This document shows, piece after piece, positions 24,363-34,893 of a stretch of DNA of 45,036 nt. Source of the stretch: a virus (Duplodnaviria; Caudoviricetes); IMG/VR virus record IMGVR_UViG_3300032221_000187, positions 1-45,036 of that record. One strand, written 5' to 3'. Position 1 is the first letter of the stretch; the number at the start of each line of letters is the position of its first letter. Under the pieces are notes generated by a model. It saw only the letters and a list, made by a program, of their open reading frames with translations, ran no database searches and was not told the DNA's origin. Position numbers and translations under genes: made by a program.

Positions 24363-27275
24363 ATGTTCACCGACGCTCGACGCTTTTTCGCGCGCATACG
24401 ACACTGGGACACACCTGACTTCACTGGTATCCACTACACGGTGCCAGGACGTAATGGGGGCAAGGCTTTTTGGAGAGGTAAGCCTGTCCAATCCATAGAA
24501 GAAGCAGTTAGACAACTTGCATGGATAACTAAACAGACCAACACACGCGACGTATATGTCGCACTTGGAACGCAGCGCGAAACGCAGACGATGACGAAAG
24601 ATGGTCGTCCGTTTCAGGTCGCATGGCGTGCTAAAGAGAATACAGTTTCTTTCAAAACTTTGTTCGTTGACATCGACGTTAAAGACGGCGCGTACCCAGA
24701 CCGCAAAGCAGCAGTCGAGGCGCTTGGCGCGTTTGTAAAGTCAGCAAATATTCCAACATTTAACATGGTAGTCGCAAGCGGTACCGGCGGATTACATGTC
24801 TACTGGGTTTTAGACCGCGATGTGCCCGCCGCTGAATGGCACTGGATGGGCCTTGCGCTTGCAAACGCTGGTCTTCAGTTCGGTCTAAAGTTTGATAGTC
24901 AGTGCAGCTATGATTACACGCGCGTCCTTAGAGTTCCTGACACACAGAACTTTAAGATGGGCGACCCATTACCCGTGCAGTTATTACTCTGCGACGATAA
25001 AGATATTTCTGTTGAGCTTATGGCGGAACGGCTAGAGCCTTTTCGTTCATTAAAGCTAACTCCCGTAGAGACTAATTCAGACTACGAAGACGAACTATTA
25101 ATGGGCCTAGAGCCACGGGCTCAGATGCGCGACATCGCCGAGGTGTCGAAGCAATGCGGTTGGGTTCGCAATAGTCTGGACACGGGTGGACGGGACAATA
25201 ATAACGCGCTGCGCCTGTATGCGTATGGGTTAGCGCAGTTCTGCCACGACGCTAAAGACGTAGCTTGGCGCATGGTTCATCAGCGGGCAACGCTTGATGA
25301 CGATGAGTTCGAGACAACTTATGAGCGCGTCGCTGAAACGCACCTCACAAATCCTCGGGGCTTCCCCCGCTGCAATACAATCGAGATGGCGGGCGCGATG
25401 GAGTGCCGGGACTGTCCGCTACGTGGAACGATTGCGTCACCGTTATCAAAAGTAAGAGCGGCGGAAGCGCCAGTTGTTATTGATAACTGGACACCGTGCC
25501 CCACGGGATACACGCTCGATAACGACGGCTTTTACTGGCAACCAGAGGTGGACGAGAACGGAGCGCCGGAACCAAACCCACGACCAATATTTCCCAAGCC
25601 CATCCATCAGCCTTGGCTGGCAGAGGTGGACGGAGATTGGTGCCTGCAATTCATCACGACAAAAGCAGGTACTGAACCGCTCTATGCGACAATCAATCTT
25701 GGCGACACAAGCTCCAAGGATAGCTTGGGTAAGGCGCTGCGCAAGCGGGCGCTTATCTCTGTCCCCGTAACGGACAAGGTGTTTCAGTTCATGACAAGTT
25801 TCATCGACCTCTTACAGTCCGCGAAGCAGGGCATCGTGGATACGAAGCCGTTCGGCTGGCAGAAGGGACTAGACGCCGGGTTCGCCTTCGGGGCGAAGAA
25901 CTACACTCCTGAAGGTATCAAACCGGCACCGTTCCCCGGTGACGGCTTGGAGTGCTACGGCGTGCAAGGTTCACCTGACCCTTGGATGGCTGCGGCCAAG
26001 TGCGTGACGAGCCAAGGCCGCCCATCACTCGATGTCATCCTAGCCTCTGCGTTTGCAGCCCCATTGGTAAACCTATGCGGCGGCGACGTTGAGGGTTTCG
26101 TCATTGGTGCTGTGTCAGGGGCCAGTGGTGTCGGCAAGACAACGACGCTTAACATTGCCCAAGCCGTATGGGCTTCTCCACAATCCGCGAAGATGGGCCT
26201 GACTGACACGGTCAATTCGACCTTTGGTAAGGCTGGTAATTTACGCCACCTCCCGCTCTATTGGGACGAGATCAAAGGTGACCGCGAGACAAAGAACTTT
26301 ATTCAACTGCTATTCCAGTTGACAGGTGGCAAGGAAAAGAACCGCATGACCCGTGCGGCTACGGTTCGTGAGGCCAAGACATGGTCAACGATCCTAGTCT
26401 ACGGCACCAATAGCAGCTTATCGAATGCGCTGGTCAGTCAGACAGCTGACACGGTCGCGGGTAACATGCGCCTATTTGAATTCAATGTCCCTGCGATAAC
26501 TGATGCTACGCGTCAGAGGGATATTAGTACCCACGTTGGTGCGCTCAACGATAACTACGGCCATGCGGGTGCTGCGTTCTCTGAATACATAGGCTCGTGC
26601 CAGCGAGAGCTACGCGAGCGGCTTGCCGTCATGCGAGAAGAGTGGGCGCAAGAAGTAGACGCTGATGACAGTGAACGCTTCTGGGTAGCGGCCTGCGCGA
26701 CCATTTTACTTGGGGCCGAACTGGCAAATAAAATCGGACTGACTGAATTTGATGTCACTGCGCTTCGTGCGTTCTTAAAGCGCGAGCACAAGCGCATGAA
26801 GACTGAGCTTGGGGAGACGCAAAACAATCTGTCTAACCCTGTGAACGTGCAGGCGCTGTTTAGTGAATACTTAGCATCGCAGGCGGCACGGTTCACTTTA
26901 TTCACGAACAAGATACCGGAAGGTAGCGGCGCTCCACGTAAGGGGGCAATCAAAGTAATTGGTGAGGGTACGTCGCGTATAAATAAAATAGAAACCGTTC
27001 ACGTACATATCGGTATGGAGAACCGGTTGATCCGCCTGTCACGATCCTCACTGACAACATGGTCGCATAATAGAGGGCTAGATATAGAGAGTTTTATTGA
27101 CGCCCTAAAGTTACACCTTGGTGCAAAGGTGGCACCGTCATGCCGTATTGGTGCTGGTACGGAATACACGAACGGTGCGCGCCCTGGCATTGAAATTCAT
27201 ACAAGGGGTACACCGTTAGACGCCTACATAGACGAACTTGACGCTTTGCAGGCGAGTGCGCCGGAGGCGGTTTAA
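24363..27275 (+). CDS. Primase-helicase (AEP/RepB-like primase, Cys cluster, DUF927, P-loop helicase)
   Basis: FVDIDVK, SGTGGLHVYW, RVLRVP; C..CRDCP; FGWQ; Walker A GASGVGKTT, Walker B YWDE, GKEKNR, NYGHAG. Confidence 0.88.
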   Translation: MFTDARRFFARIRHWDTPDFTGIHYTVPGRNGGKAFWRGKPVQSIEEAVRQLAWITKQTNTRDVYVALGTQRETQTMTKDGRPFQVAWRAKENTVSFKTLFVDIDVKDGAYPDRKAAVEALGAFVKSANIPTFNMVVASGTGGLHVYWVLDRDVPAAEWHWMGLALANAGLQFGLKFDSQCSYDYTRVLRVPDTQNFKMGDPLPVQLLLCDDKDISVELMAERLEPFRSLKLTPVETNSDYEDELLMGLEPRAQMRDIAEVSKQCGWVRNSLDTGGRDNNNALRLYAYGLAQFCHDAKDVAWRMVHQRATLDDDEFETTYERVAETHLTNPRGFPRCNTIEMAGAMECRDCPLRGTIASPLSKVRAAEAPVVIDNWTPCPTGYTLDNDGFYWQPEVDENGAPEPNPRPIFPKPIHQPWLAEVDGDWCLQFITTKAGTEPLYATINLGDTSSKDSLGKALRKRALISVPVTDKVFQFMTSFIDLLQSAKQGIVDTKPFGWQKGLDAGFAFGAKNYTPEGIKPAPFPGDGLECYGVQGSPDPWMAAAKCVTSQGRPSLDVILASAFAAPLVNLCGGDVEGFVIGAVSGASGVGKTTTLNIAQAVWASPQSAKMGLTDTVNSTFGKAGNLRHLPLYWDEIKGDRETKNFIQLLFQLTGGKEKNRMTRAATVREAKTWSTILVYGTNSSLSNALVSQTADTVAGNMRLFEFNVPAITDATRQRDISTHVGALNDNYGHAGAAFSEYIGSCQRELRERLAVMREEWAQEVDADDSERFWVAACATILLGAELANKIGLTEFDVTALRAFLKREHKRMKTELGETQNNLSNPVNVQALFSEYLASQAARFTLFTNKIPEGSGAPRKGAIKVIGEGTSRINKIETVHVHIGMENRLIRLSRSSLTTWSHNRGLDIESFIDALKLHLGAKVAPSCRIGAGTEYTNGARPGIEIHTRGTPLDAYIDELDALQASAPEAV

Positions 27276-27550
27276 GTATTAGAGATCATTCCCGCCTTCT
27301 TGTTGCGTGGGAATGATCTATTTTCACGTTGAGACGTTATTCGTACATTCTTCAACGTGTTAGAGCCGCCTTTGACAAGGGGCTTTTTATGATCGACTTC
27401 TTTCTTGGAGCCTTCTTCTATGAGGCCAGCCTTGATAGCAGCACGACGTAGCCGATGGCGTTGGGCGTTACCGGAGTCCGACCCGGTTCCGTTTTCCCCG
27501 CGCTTTTTCTGCAACTCGTACTCGCGTTTATAATCGCGTTTGTAAACCAT
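27272..27550 (-). CDS. Small HNH protein
   Basis: EVDHKKPLVKGGSN...NVRITSQRENR; ATG at 27550 coupled to the upstream stop. Confidence 0.75.
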   Translation of the reverse strand: MVYKRDYKREYELQKKRGENGTGSDSGNAQRHRLRRAAIKAGLIEEGSKKEVDHKKPLVKGGSNTLKNVRITSQRENRSFPRNKKAGMISNT

Positions 27551-30500
27551 CAGTGCGCTCCAAATAATTGTTGGTTGCGTTTCAAAATCCATTTCTCATT
27601 AGGGTGCGGTGCTTGCCCCAGATGCGCGTCACGCTGCTTCTTCGTGTGCATCGCACGATAATCGTTAAGCTGCGACCGTGTAAGGCGCGCTTCATGCGGG
27701 CGGTCTTTATTCCACCGCTCAATTTCTCCCCACAAACGAGCCCGTTCATTACCGTCCTTGGCAGTGGCCCACTTCGTTTCAAACGAAGACCGCTCGGCCT
27801 GCTGCGCACGGGTCTCTTTGTAGTTGAGGTTTCTTTCTTCAGCCTCTCGCGCAACGCGTGTCGGTCTAAAACCAAGGCCCGTGGCTACAGCTTCTGTAGG
27901 CGACAACGTCTTATCAGACTTGTTGTAACCACGAGATGTCTTGTCTGCCTCCATGTACCCGCTGACACCCTTACGCACATCAGCGACGGCTTTGATCGGG
28001 ATAGCGTCGAGCGCATGGGTTCCGGCCTCACTCCAAGAAGAACTATCACGGAGCCCAGCAAGCGCACGGGCGCTTTCGCCCAATGTGGAGCTGAACGCTC
28101 CACCCATTATCTTACCAATCCATTCGTCGATGCTGCTCTGCTTTGATGACTTAGGAACGTCAGGGAAAAGCATCTGCTGCATACCCAGACGCCCACTGAG
28201 GTCAATACCAGCTGCGCGAGACGCACCATGAAGGATGACATCTACCGCCTCCGGCGACATACCCGCACCCTTTGTCAGCCAACCACGAACGGTGCCATCG
28301 ACCCACTGATCCCAATCGTCGTTGCTGCCAGCAATTCCCATTGCTGCATTGTAAATGACCTTAAACGGTTCCACGGGTAAACCGGCAGCGCCTGCTGCGA
28401 TTGCCTGAATAACGAGCAAACCACCCAAGGCGCTGATAGCTTCAGGGTTGCCCTTGATAGCTTCGCCCATTTGAGAGCCAAGCAGCGTGTAAACTTTAGC
28501 GCCATACTTTTTAAACTGAAGCGCCGCGCCAAAGCTGTTATTGCTGAACAGCGGGCTAGAGTTCGTACGAGAGTAGTTACCCATCGTTTCGGTCACGACA
28601 TCGTGCGCGTAGTCGAGAGCTTCCTTATGCGCATTAGCTGCGTCACCAAGTCTGGCTTTTTCTAACTTATAGGCTGCAACGCCAACCAGTGCGCGGTTGA
28701 TAGTCTCGATGCCCAGCGTCATCTGCCGAGACATGCGGTCCATTGTGTCAAGCGTGCGCTCCGCAAAGTTTCCTTCGCGGGTTGTTTCTTGCTTGAAGAT
28801 ATACTCGGCCTCTGGAGACATAAGCCCGGTATCAACCATGTGGTCGATAACAGCGGCTAGGTTCTTGCCATCCTCGGCCTTTAGAAGATTATTTCTAATG
28901 GTAGCGATGTGATCCGTTGGCGTAGCATTAATATCTACCGCCTTGAACGTATCCTTAAACGCCCGACGGATAACTCCACCGCCGCCTAACGTACCGCCGA
29001 TACCACCACCACCGCCAATGTCACGCAGCGTCGAGGCCATTGTCGCGTAAGACTGAACATGGCCGTGTTTGCCACCGATTGTCGTGCCGCCAAGTATCCA
29101 GGGCTCTGTCGCGTTTACGGCGTGGAAACTGACGCCAAATAATTTATCAAGCGCCGTCACTTGGAGCATACGGCGAACAATCGGGTTTGTTGCTGCGCTG
29201 CTCGTACTTTGAAGCAACCGTGACTTCAGTTCGTCGTAGAGTTCTTTGCGCTCGGTGTTACCCGTAAAGTCTTTGATGTCATCCAAGCGCTGGCTTACTT
29301 TATCCAATGCCTCTTGGACGGCTGGCATATGCTCCGCTGTCGCCATGTCACGGCTGGCACGGTCAAAATAACTAGCGATAGCGCGGGTGTAATCCTCATC
29401 CGCACCGCGTATTTTCTCCGCATGGAGTAAATTCTGACGGATGCTTGTCTTGCTTGCGCGCATCCGTGCAACGGTTTCACCGATTGTTTTAAGGATGGCT
29501 TCCTGTTCATCCTGGGGCTTACGCTGAAACTCCGCTTGCTTACGCAAACGGTCGCGCAGCGCGTCCATACGAGGAATAAGCGGAGCGGACTCCGGGGATA
29601 TAAAATCTGGATGCGTGTTAGCGAACGGCTCACTAACCTCAGAGTACATTGGGCGACCATTAATGGTCTCACCCTTTAATTTATTCTGGAGCGTAAAGCC
29701 CTCTGTCGAGCCATAGACCTTACCAGAATATTTAGTCTTGAGCGGAACACGGTAAACCTCGGGGCTCTCGCGGTCTAGCTCTAATGGCTTCGCAGCGTCA
29801 TCGACATTGAACTTACCCATCTCGACCGAGCCGATGTCGTGGCCGTGGTCTTTAACGGCGCTGTCGATAAACTTCTCGACGCGAGACTTAAACGCAGTCT
29901 GAGTTTCACCTTCATTGCGGGTGAACTCTACGTAGCCGTCCTTGTCGAGGCGACCGCCCTCACCGACATCATAAATAGCTCGCTTGGCTGAGACCCAGTG
30001 CGTGCCCTCGCGCTGGAGCGGAGCATAAGTGCCAGCTTCTTTTTTGAATTTATCCCGAATGGCTCCGAGCCATTGCAAACTCTCGTCACTCTCAGAATTA
30101 ATGACGCCATCCCAATCATCGGGAAGATCAAGAGCCTTCTTATCCCGATCTGTCAGTGCGCCGCCGGGAGCTTTATCATCTTCGTAGAAGCGTCGAGCAA
30201 GACCCTCTAGGTCACCAAACTTTACGCCGGAAAGACGCAACGCCTCATGTAGTTTCGATACAGCAGTTTCAGTGTGATACTTGTTAACAGTATCCCTGAC
30301 GCGCTTCATCCCGTTCCAAAGCTGCTCGTTATCTTTAAATTTAGCGAGGCGTTCTTTATTTTTTTCAAGCCAAGCGACACCGGCACGGTTTTCAATGCCC
30401 GTATCAAACTGCTCACGACCGCGCTCGATGTCCACGCCAAAGTGGCGCGCATCATACATGAGATCCGCAGCGTCCTTGAACGCTTCACCGTGAACGCGCT

Positions 30501-33500
30501 GGAGTTCTACACCGAGCTTCAGGGCTTTCTCACCGCCAAGCTGACGCATATATTCTAGCTGCTTACCGTGAATTGCTTCTCGCGCCGTAGCCGCATCTCT
30601 TGCAATACGACCGTCAGCGCCCATACGTTTATCAAGACTTTTAGCTACGTCATGTGTAGCCAAGAATTTACGCTTGGCCGCGCCGAGATACTCCCCGATT
30701 TTACTCCGGCGCAACCACCCATCATTAACTGGCGGGGGCGGGTCGATCTTTCTTGGTGCCGCTGGCGCGCGTGGTGGTTTTGGCGGCATACCTGTGCCGC
30801 CGCCCTGCATCTGCACAGCGCGTTCAGACAAACCAAGCGCAGCTTCAAGCGCCGTCATAGACTTTGATGGCAGGCCAAAGGCACGGCGCAGCCGATCCAT
30901 AATAGCCCCATACACGGTAGCACGGTGCCAATCTCTGAGCCCTATGCGTTTAGCAACGTCAGGCGGCAGCGTGACGCTTTTAAGCGCCGTACGGAACTCC
31001 GGGTTACCGTGAAACTCTGCAATAAATTCCAGAGCGTTCTTTAGGCCATAGTGCTGCTGTCTTGGGGTAAACTCTTTCGGCTTACCTCTCACTAACTTGG
31101 TAATGCTGGGGAGTTCTTTTGCAACAAAAGTCCGTACAGCGTCGATGTCTCTCTGAAGACGGGGATTATTTTTAATAGCTTCTACCGTGGCGGCGTGAGC
31201 TACTTCATGTAAAACTACATGGGGCGTCAGCATAGCGCCGGGATGAATAAAAACCTCACCCGTTGGACGATGGAAAAATCCATTCATCACACCGTCGGGG
31301 TGTGTATCCTTTAAAAATTTTGTATTTCTCTCTGTGGCAGCGAGGATATGTATTTTAGTGTCGCCAGCAACATCAAGCATTCGCTTGGTCACCAGCGGCA
31401 TAAACACACGGTCTAGCGGGTTCGCGGCGCGCAGGCGTGAAAATAGCGTCTTTGGATTGATAACATCTCTGGCGGTTACCGTCCGCGATACATCTAAATC
31501 TTTACCAAAAACATTTTTGACCGTGTGACCGGCAGCGGCAGCGTCAATCTTCTCAGCCGTCTTAGGTGTAAGCGTAGCATTTTTATCGACATGCGCCAGG
31601 AACTCATTCTCTGACAGGTCGTCGACCATGTCACCGCGAGGGCGTTTCTTTTCAGCCTTTGCTTCGGTGACGCCGAGGCGCTCGGCTTCTTTAGAAGCCT
31701 TGACCGCTTCGTTGCGCGCTGCTTGCTGCTTCTCGAACTCTGGGTTCAAATATTTAGCGGCGGCTTCTTTTTTCAGACGAGCAATACGTTCGGCTGGAGT
31801 TTCCTCTCCAGCTGGCTCCTCAACCTTGGGCTCAGGCTTTGGCTCTGGTTTAGGTTCTGGTTTAGGTTCTGGCTTGGGCTCTGGTTTAGGTTCTGGCTTG
31901 GGCTCTGGTTTAGTAGCAGCCTCAGAAACCGGCTTAGTAGGGCGAGGTCTAACGGGAGCAGGAGGCTCCTCGGTCACGGCACCACGACGCTCAAGTTCCT
32001 GCTTGAGCATAAGAGCTTCTTCTGGGTTCAGATTAGTGTCGGCAAGATTATCTAGTCCACCCTCGGAAGCGTGCTTACTTGCTGCGTAATTATTTCCTTC
32101 ACTAATGCGGTCCGCCTGAACCTCGGAGTTCATCTTTGTGAGGTCGCCACCGTGCAATCTGTTGTGGCGGTCGAGGAAGTTCATCACCCCCTCGTCGTTG
32201 ATCTTATTTACCGGGCGGCGGGCAATGCGGCGGGCTTCAGCGATAAGCTGCATCGCTGCATTAGGCGACATGTCGTCACCGATGTTTTCGGCAAGGCTCT
32301 CAGGAATAAACGCGTGCTTTTTGAAATCGCCCTTATTCTTGGCGGTGTTGGTTTGATGCTTCGCGTAGGCTTCAGCAATTTTTTTATCTTTGTTTAGCTC
32401 GGCGTTATGCGCCGCAAGCCGAGAATTAACCTCGTCCAGCATCGCGCCTAATTTTTTGTGAAGGTTTTTAACGCCTTCTTTATTTGTAACGGCAGCGGTG
32501 ATGTCTGCGTCTGTTAGTTTATGCTTGGCGACGATTTCAGCTGCGATGTTGTTGCTGGCCTTGCGCGCGGCAATTTCAGCCTTGTCACGGTTACCCGGTT
32601 TTCTGGCCTCAACGCTGCGTGATATTTTAGTCGGACGATCCCGAGTGCCGTAGTCTGGATGATCCACCGGCTTACCATCACGGATAAGCTCAGAAGTCCC
32701 CATGCGAGACTGATTGTGCTTCTGACGCGTATAAGCTGCTTCTTTACCAACAGCTTCAGCTACCTGCGTCAGGGCTTGGTCTGACGGAACTTTGTCCTCA
32801 ACATTGATCTCGTTGATGCCATCCCAGAAACCGGCTGGTTCTTGCGTATCATTTATGTTGTGTGGAGTGCGCTCAAATGGCTGACCCTGACGAACGGCGT
32901 CGCGCTCGCGGAGTGCGGCACCTGTGGGTGGCACATCCGCTTCTGGCAGAACGCCACGGCGGGCTTCGTCAGCATATTTTACTCGGTTAAGCGTATCTTC
33001 TAGCTTTACAGGTTTACCTGTCGGGGTAACCGGGTCGGCCTGACGATCTGCCAGCACCTGCTCAATCGGTTCGATGCGGACGGTCTGCTCTGGAGCTTTG
33101 ACAGCTTCCATAGCCGCTTTTTGATCTGGGAGCGTATCCGCAGTACCTGCTGATGCCTCAACTTCAGTTCCTTCGGGTGTGCGCGTGACAGCCGCACCGA
33201 CAGGTTCACCCTGTGCAGCGGCAGCGGCTACGTCCGCTTTTGACGCAACAGCGTGCGCCGGGTTCATCAAACCAGAAATTGAACCGTCTTTATGCGCCTC
33301 GCGGATGGCTTTGGTTGTAAGCCCTGCGTCTTTGGCGACATCATAGGTCATGCTACCTTTGCCGCGCCCAAGACTAACAACAACGCGCTTGGAGCCTTCA
33401 GCTACGGGAGGAATTTCTGTCCCTGGCGGGTAGCCGATAACAGGCTTGCGGCCTTCGGTCTGCGCCTCTTGTTGCGCAGCAACCGTCTCTGGCTTTTCAG

Positions 33501-34893
33501 GAATATTCTGGCCAGCGTCGATAGGGCCAGCTTCTGGTGCAGGAGCCGCTGTGGGGGCGGGAGGTAACTCAGCCCATGACGTAATTGGCGGCAATCTCTT
33601 TTCACCAGTTACGGGATTGCCTCCCATAACAGGCTGACCGCCAGATTGTGGCGGTGGTGGCGGATTAGCCCCTGCGGTAACAGGGTTGTTGACCGCGTCA
33701 GTTATTTGGCTCTTACCGGCTGGTGGTGGCGGATTAGCCCCTGCGGTAACTGTGCGTTCGGTAGGCTGAATAGCCTGCGGATTAGAAGCGTTAAGCGCCG
33801 CCGTCTGTGCAGGATCGACACCCGTAGTATTTACTACAGGAGCCGCCGCTGGCTTACCACCAAGATACTTACGGCCCGCGCCAATCGCGTGGGGAGCGCC
33901 AGCAAAGACGCCACCTCCAAAGCCTGAATTTACGCCAGCGGTAGCAAGCTGGCCCATATCTGGCGTGAACGAAGCGGTGCCGGTCGCGTCCTTTTGAACA
34001 GCTTGAGATTTCTGAGAGGCGTAATCAGAAGCAACGCCACCGACAGCGTTAGCGGCAGCGTTCTCACCAATCTCGCGCAGGGCAGACTTCTCTGCTTCAG
34101 TTGCGGCTTTCTCACCGACCTTCTCGACAGCGCCAGTAAGTGCGCCCGTGCCTGACTTAATCGCGCTACCCGTGACCTTACCAATGACTGCGCCAAGCGC
34201 ACCTTCGGTAAGAAGCTGCGGCGTTGTGTAGAGTTCATTACGAAACTGCACGCGAGCAGCGTAAGGGTCGGGTGTAGCCTTTAATATTTCAGCAAAACGA
34301 GGACTAGCAGCAGCGAGCTCCGCGTCCGTCATCTCGTTTGTCTTACCAACTGCGGCTTGCAGTGAACCAGATACTTGGTCAGCCGCACCCATTGGGATAG
34401 CCAATTCTGGCGCGAGAACATACGGCGCAACGCCGGGAGCCATCTGCGCTGTCTTGATAACAGCAGTATCAATCGGGTTATTCCAAGCCTGCGTCAAAAC
34501 GCCCGACTGACCTTCACCGGGTATGAGCGCAGCGTCGGCAATAGCTCTGCCGCCTTCAGTCAGGTGAGTTCGCGCAGCGTCAGCGTTGCGTTGCGAGTTT
34601 ACCGCCATGTGACGGAATGTGTCCGACGCGCCTTCCCAACCAATGGCGTCAGCGCCACGCTGGCCTAATGTAGCTATACGAGCGCCAACATCACCGGCAC
34701 CGGCAAGTCCTGCGTATCCATAATCACTAAACGACGCGCCATCCGTGGACGCCGGTTTAACGGTCTCACCATGAGCCTGCGAATATAGATCATCGTAATT
34801 TAACGATGTAGTCGTATCCGCTGCGGGCGCGTCGGGTGCCGCCGTGCTACCGCTGAACGCCTGCTGGTAAAGATCGTCGTAATTGTCAGACAC
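27550..34893 (-). CDS. Giant internal virion/DNA-ejection (polyvalent-like) protein
   Basis: 2447 aa, last large gene of the virion operon. Ala/Gly/Pro-rich N-half, (PEPK)7, zincin-like HEVAH...EFIAE, helical and hydrophobic C-terminal region. Confidence 0.75.
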   Translation of the reverse strand: MSDNYDDLYQQAFSGSTAAPDAPAADTTTSLNYDDLYSQAHGETVKPASTDGASFSDYGYAGLAGAGDVGARIATLGQRGADAIGWEGASDTFRHMAVNSQRNADAARTHLTEGGRAIADAALIPGEGQSGVLTQAWNNPIDTAVIKTAQMAPGVAPYVLAPELAIPMGAADQVSGSLQAAVGKTNEMTDAELAAASPRFAEILKATPDPYAARVQFRNELYTTPQLLTEGALGAVIGKVTGSAIKSGTGALTGAVEKVGEKAATEAEKSALREIGENAAANAVGGVASDYASQKSQAVQKDATGTASFTPDMGQLATAGVNSGFGGGVFAGAPHAIGAGRKYLGGKPAAAPVVNTTGVDPAQTAALNASNPQAIQPTERTVTAGANPPPPAGKSQITDAVNNPVTAGANPPPPPQSGGQPVMGGNPVTGEKRLPPITSWAELPPAPTAAPAPEAGPIDAGQNIPEKPETVAAQQEAQTEGRKPVIGYPPGTEIPPVAEGSKRVVVSLGRGKGSMTYDVAKDAGLTTKAIREAHKDGSISGLMNPAHAVASKADVAAAAAQGEPVGAAVTRTPEGTEVEASAGTADTLPDQKAAMEAVKAPEQTVRIEPIEQVLADRQADPVTPTGKPVKLEDTLNRVKYADEARRGVLPEADVPPTGAALRERDAVRQGQPFERTPHNINDTQEPAGFWDGINEINVEDKVPSDQALTQVAEAVGKEAAYTRQKHNQSRMGTSELIRDGKPVDHPDYGTRDRPTKISRSVEARKPGNRDKAEIAARKASNNIAAEIVAKHKLTDADITAAVTNKEGVKNLHKKLGAMLDEVNSRLAAHNAELNKDKKIAEAYAKHQTNTAKNKGDFKKHAFIPESLAENIGDDMSPNAAMQLIAEARRIARRPVNKINDEGVMNFLDRHNRLHGGDLTKMNSEVQADRISEGNNYAASKHASEGGLDNLADTNLNPEEALMLKQELERRGAVTEEPPAPVRPRPTKPVSEAATKPEPKPEPKPEPKPEPKPEPKPEPKPEPKVEEPAGEETPAERIARLKKEAAAKYLNPEFEKQQAARNEAVKASKEAERLGVTEAKAEKKRPRGDMVDDLSENEFLAHVDKNATLTPKTAEKIDAAAAGHTVKNVFGKDLDVSRTVTARDVINPKTLFSRLRAANPLDRVFMPLVTKRMLDVAGDTKIHILAATERNTKFLKDTHPDGVMNGFFHRPTGEVFIHPGAMLTPHVVLHEVAHAATVEAIKNNPRLQRDIDAVRTFVAKELPSITKLVRGKPKEFTPRQQHYGLKNALEFIAEFHGNPEFRTALKSVTLPPDVAKRIGLRDWHRATVYGAIMDRLRRAFGLPSKSMTALEAALGLSERAVQMQGGGTGMPPKPPRAPAAPRKIDPPPPVNDGWLRRSKIGEYLGAAKRKFLATHDVAKSLDKRMGADGRIARDAATAREAIHGKQLEYMRQLGGEKALKLGVELQRVHGEAFKDAADLMYDARHFGVDIERGREQFDTGIENRAGVAWLEKNKERLAKFKDNEQLWNGMKRVRDTVNKYHTETAVSKLHEALRLSGVKFGDLEGLARRFYEDDKAPGGALTDRDKKALDLPDDWDGVINSESDESLQWLGAIRDKFKKEAGTYAPLQREGTHWVSAKRAIYDVGEGGRLDKDGYVEFTRNEGETQTAFKSRVEKFIDSAVKDHGHDIGSVEMGKFNVDDAAKPLELDRESPEVYRVPLKTKYSGKVYGSTEGFTLQNKLKGETINGRPMYSEVSEPFANTHPDFISPESAPLIPRMDALRDRLRKQAEFQRKPQDEQEAILKTIGETVARMRASKTSIRQNLLHAEKIRGADEDYTRAIASYFDRASRDMATAEHMPAVQEALDKVSQRLDDIKDFTGNTERKELYDELKSRLLQSTSSAATNPIVRRMLQVTALDKLFGVSFHAVNATEPWILGGTTIGGKHGHVQSYATMASTLRDIGGGGGIGGTLGGGGVIRRAFKDTFKAVDINATPTDHIATIRNNLLKAEDGKNLAAVIDHMVDTGLMSPEAEYIFKQETTREGNFAERTLDTMDRMSRQMTLGIETINRALVGVAAYKLEKARLGDAANAHKEALDYAHDVVTETMGNYSRTNSSPLFSNNSFGAALQFKKYGAKVYTLLGSQMGEAIKGNPEAISALGGLLVIQAIAAGAAGLPVEPFKVIYNAAMGIAGSNDDWDQWVDGTVRGWLTKGAGMSPEAVDVILHGASRAAGIDLSGRLGMQQMLFPDVPKSSKQSSIDEWIGKIMGGAFSSTLGESARALAGLRDSSSWSEAGTHALDAIPIKAVADVRKGVSGYMEADKTSRGYNKSDKTLSPTEAVATGLGFRPTRVAREAEERNLNYKETRAQQAERSSFETKWATAKDGNERARLWGEIERWNKDRPHEARLTRSQLNDYRAMHTKKQRDAHLGQAPHPNEKWILKRNQQLFGAH
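31825..31911 (-). repeat. 12-bp coding tandem repeat, K(PEPK)7
   Basis: Degenerate 12-mers with synonymous variation. Confidence 0.9.

Noticed and set aside
31825-31911. TonB homologue
   Set aside because: Only the PEPK linker resembles TonB. No TonB C-terminal domain or N-terminal anchor is recognisable.
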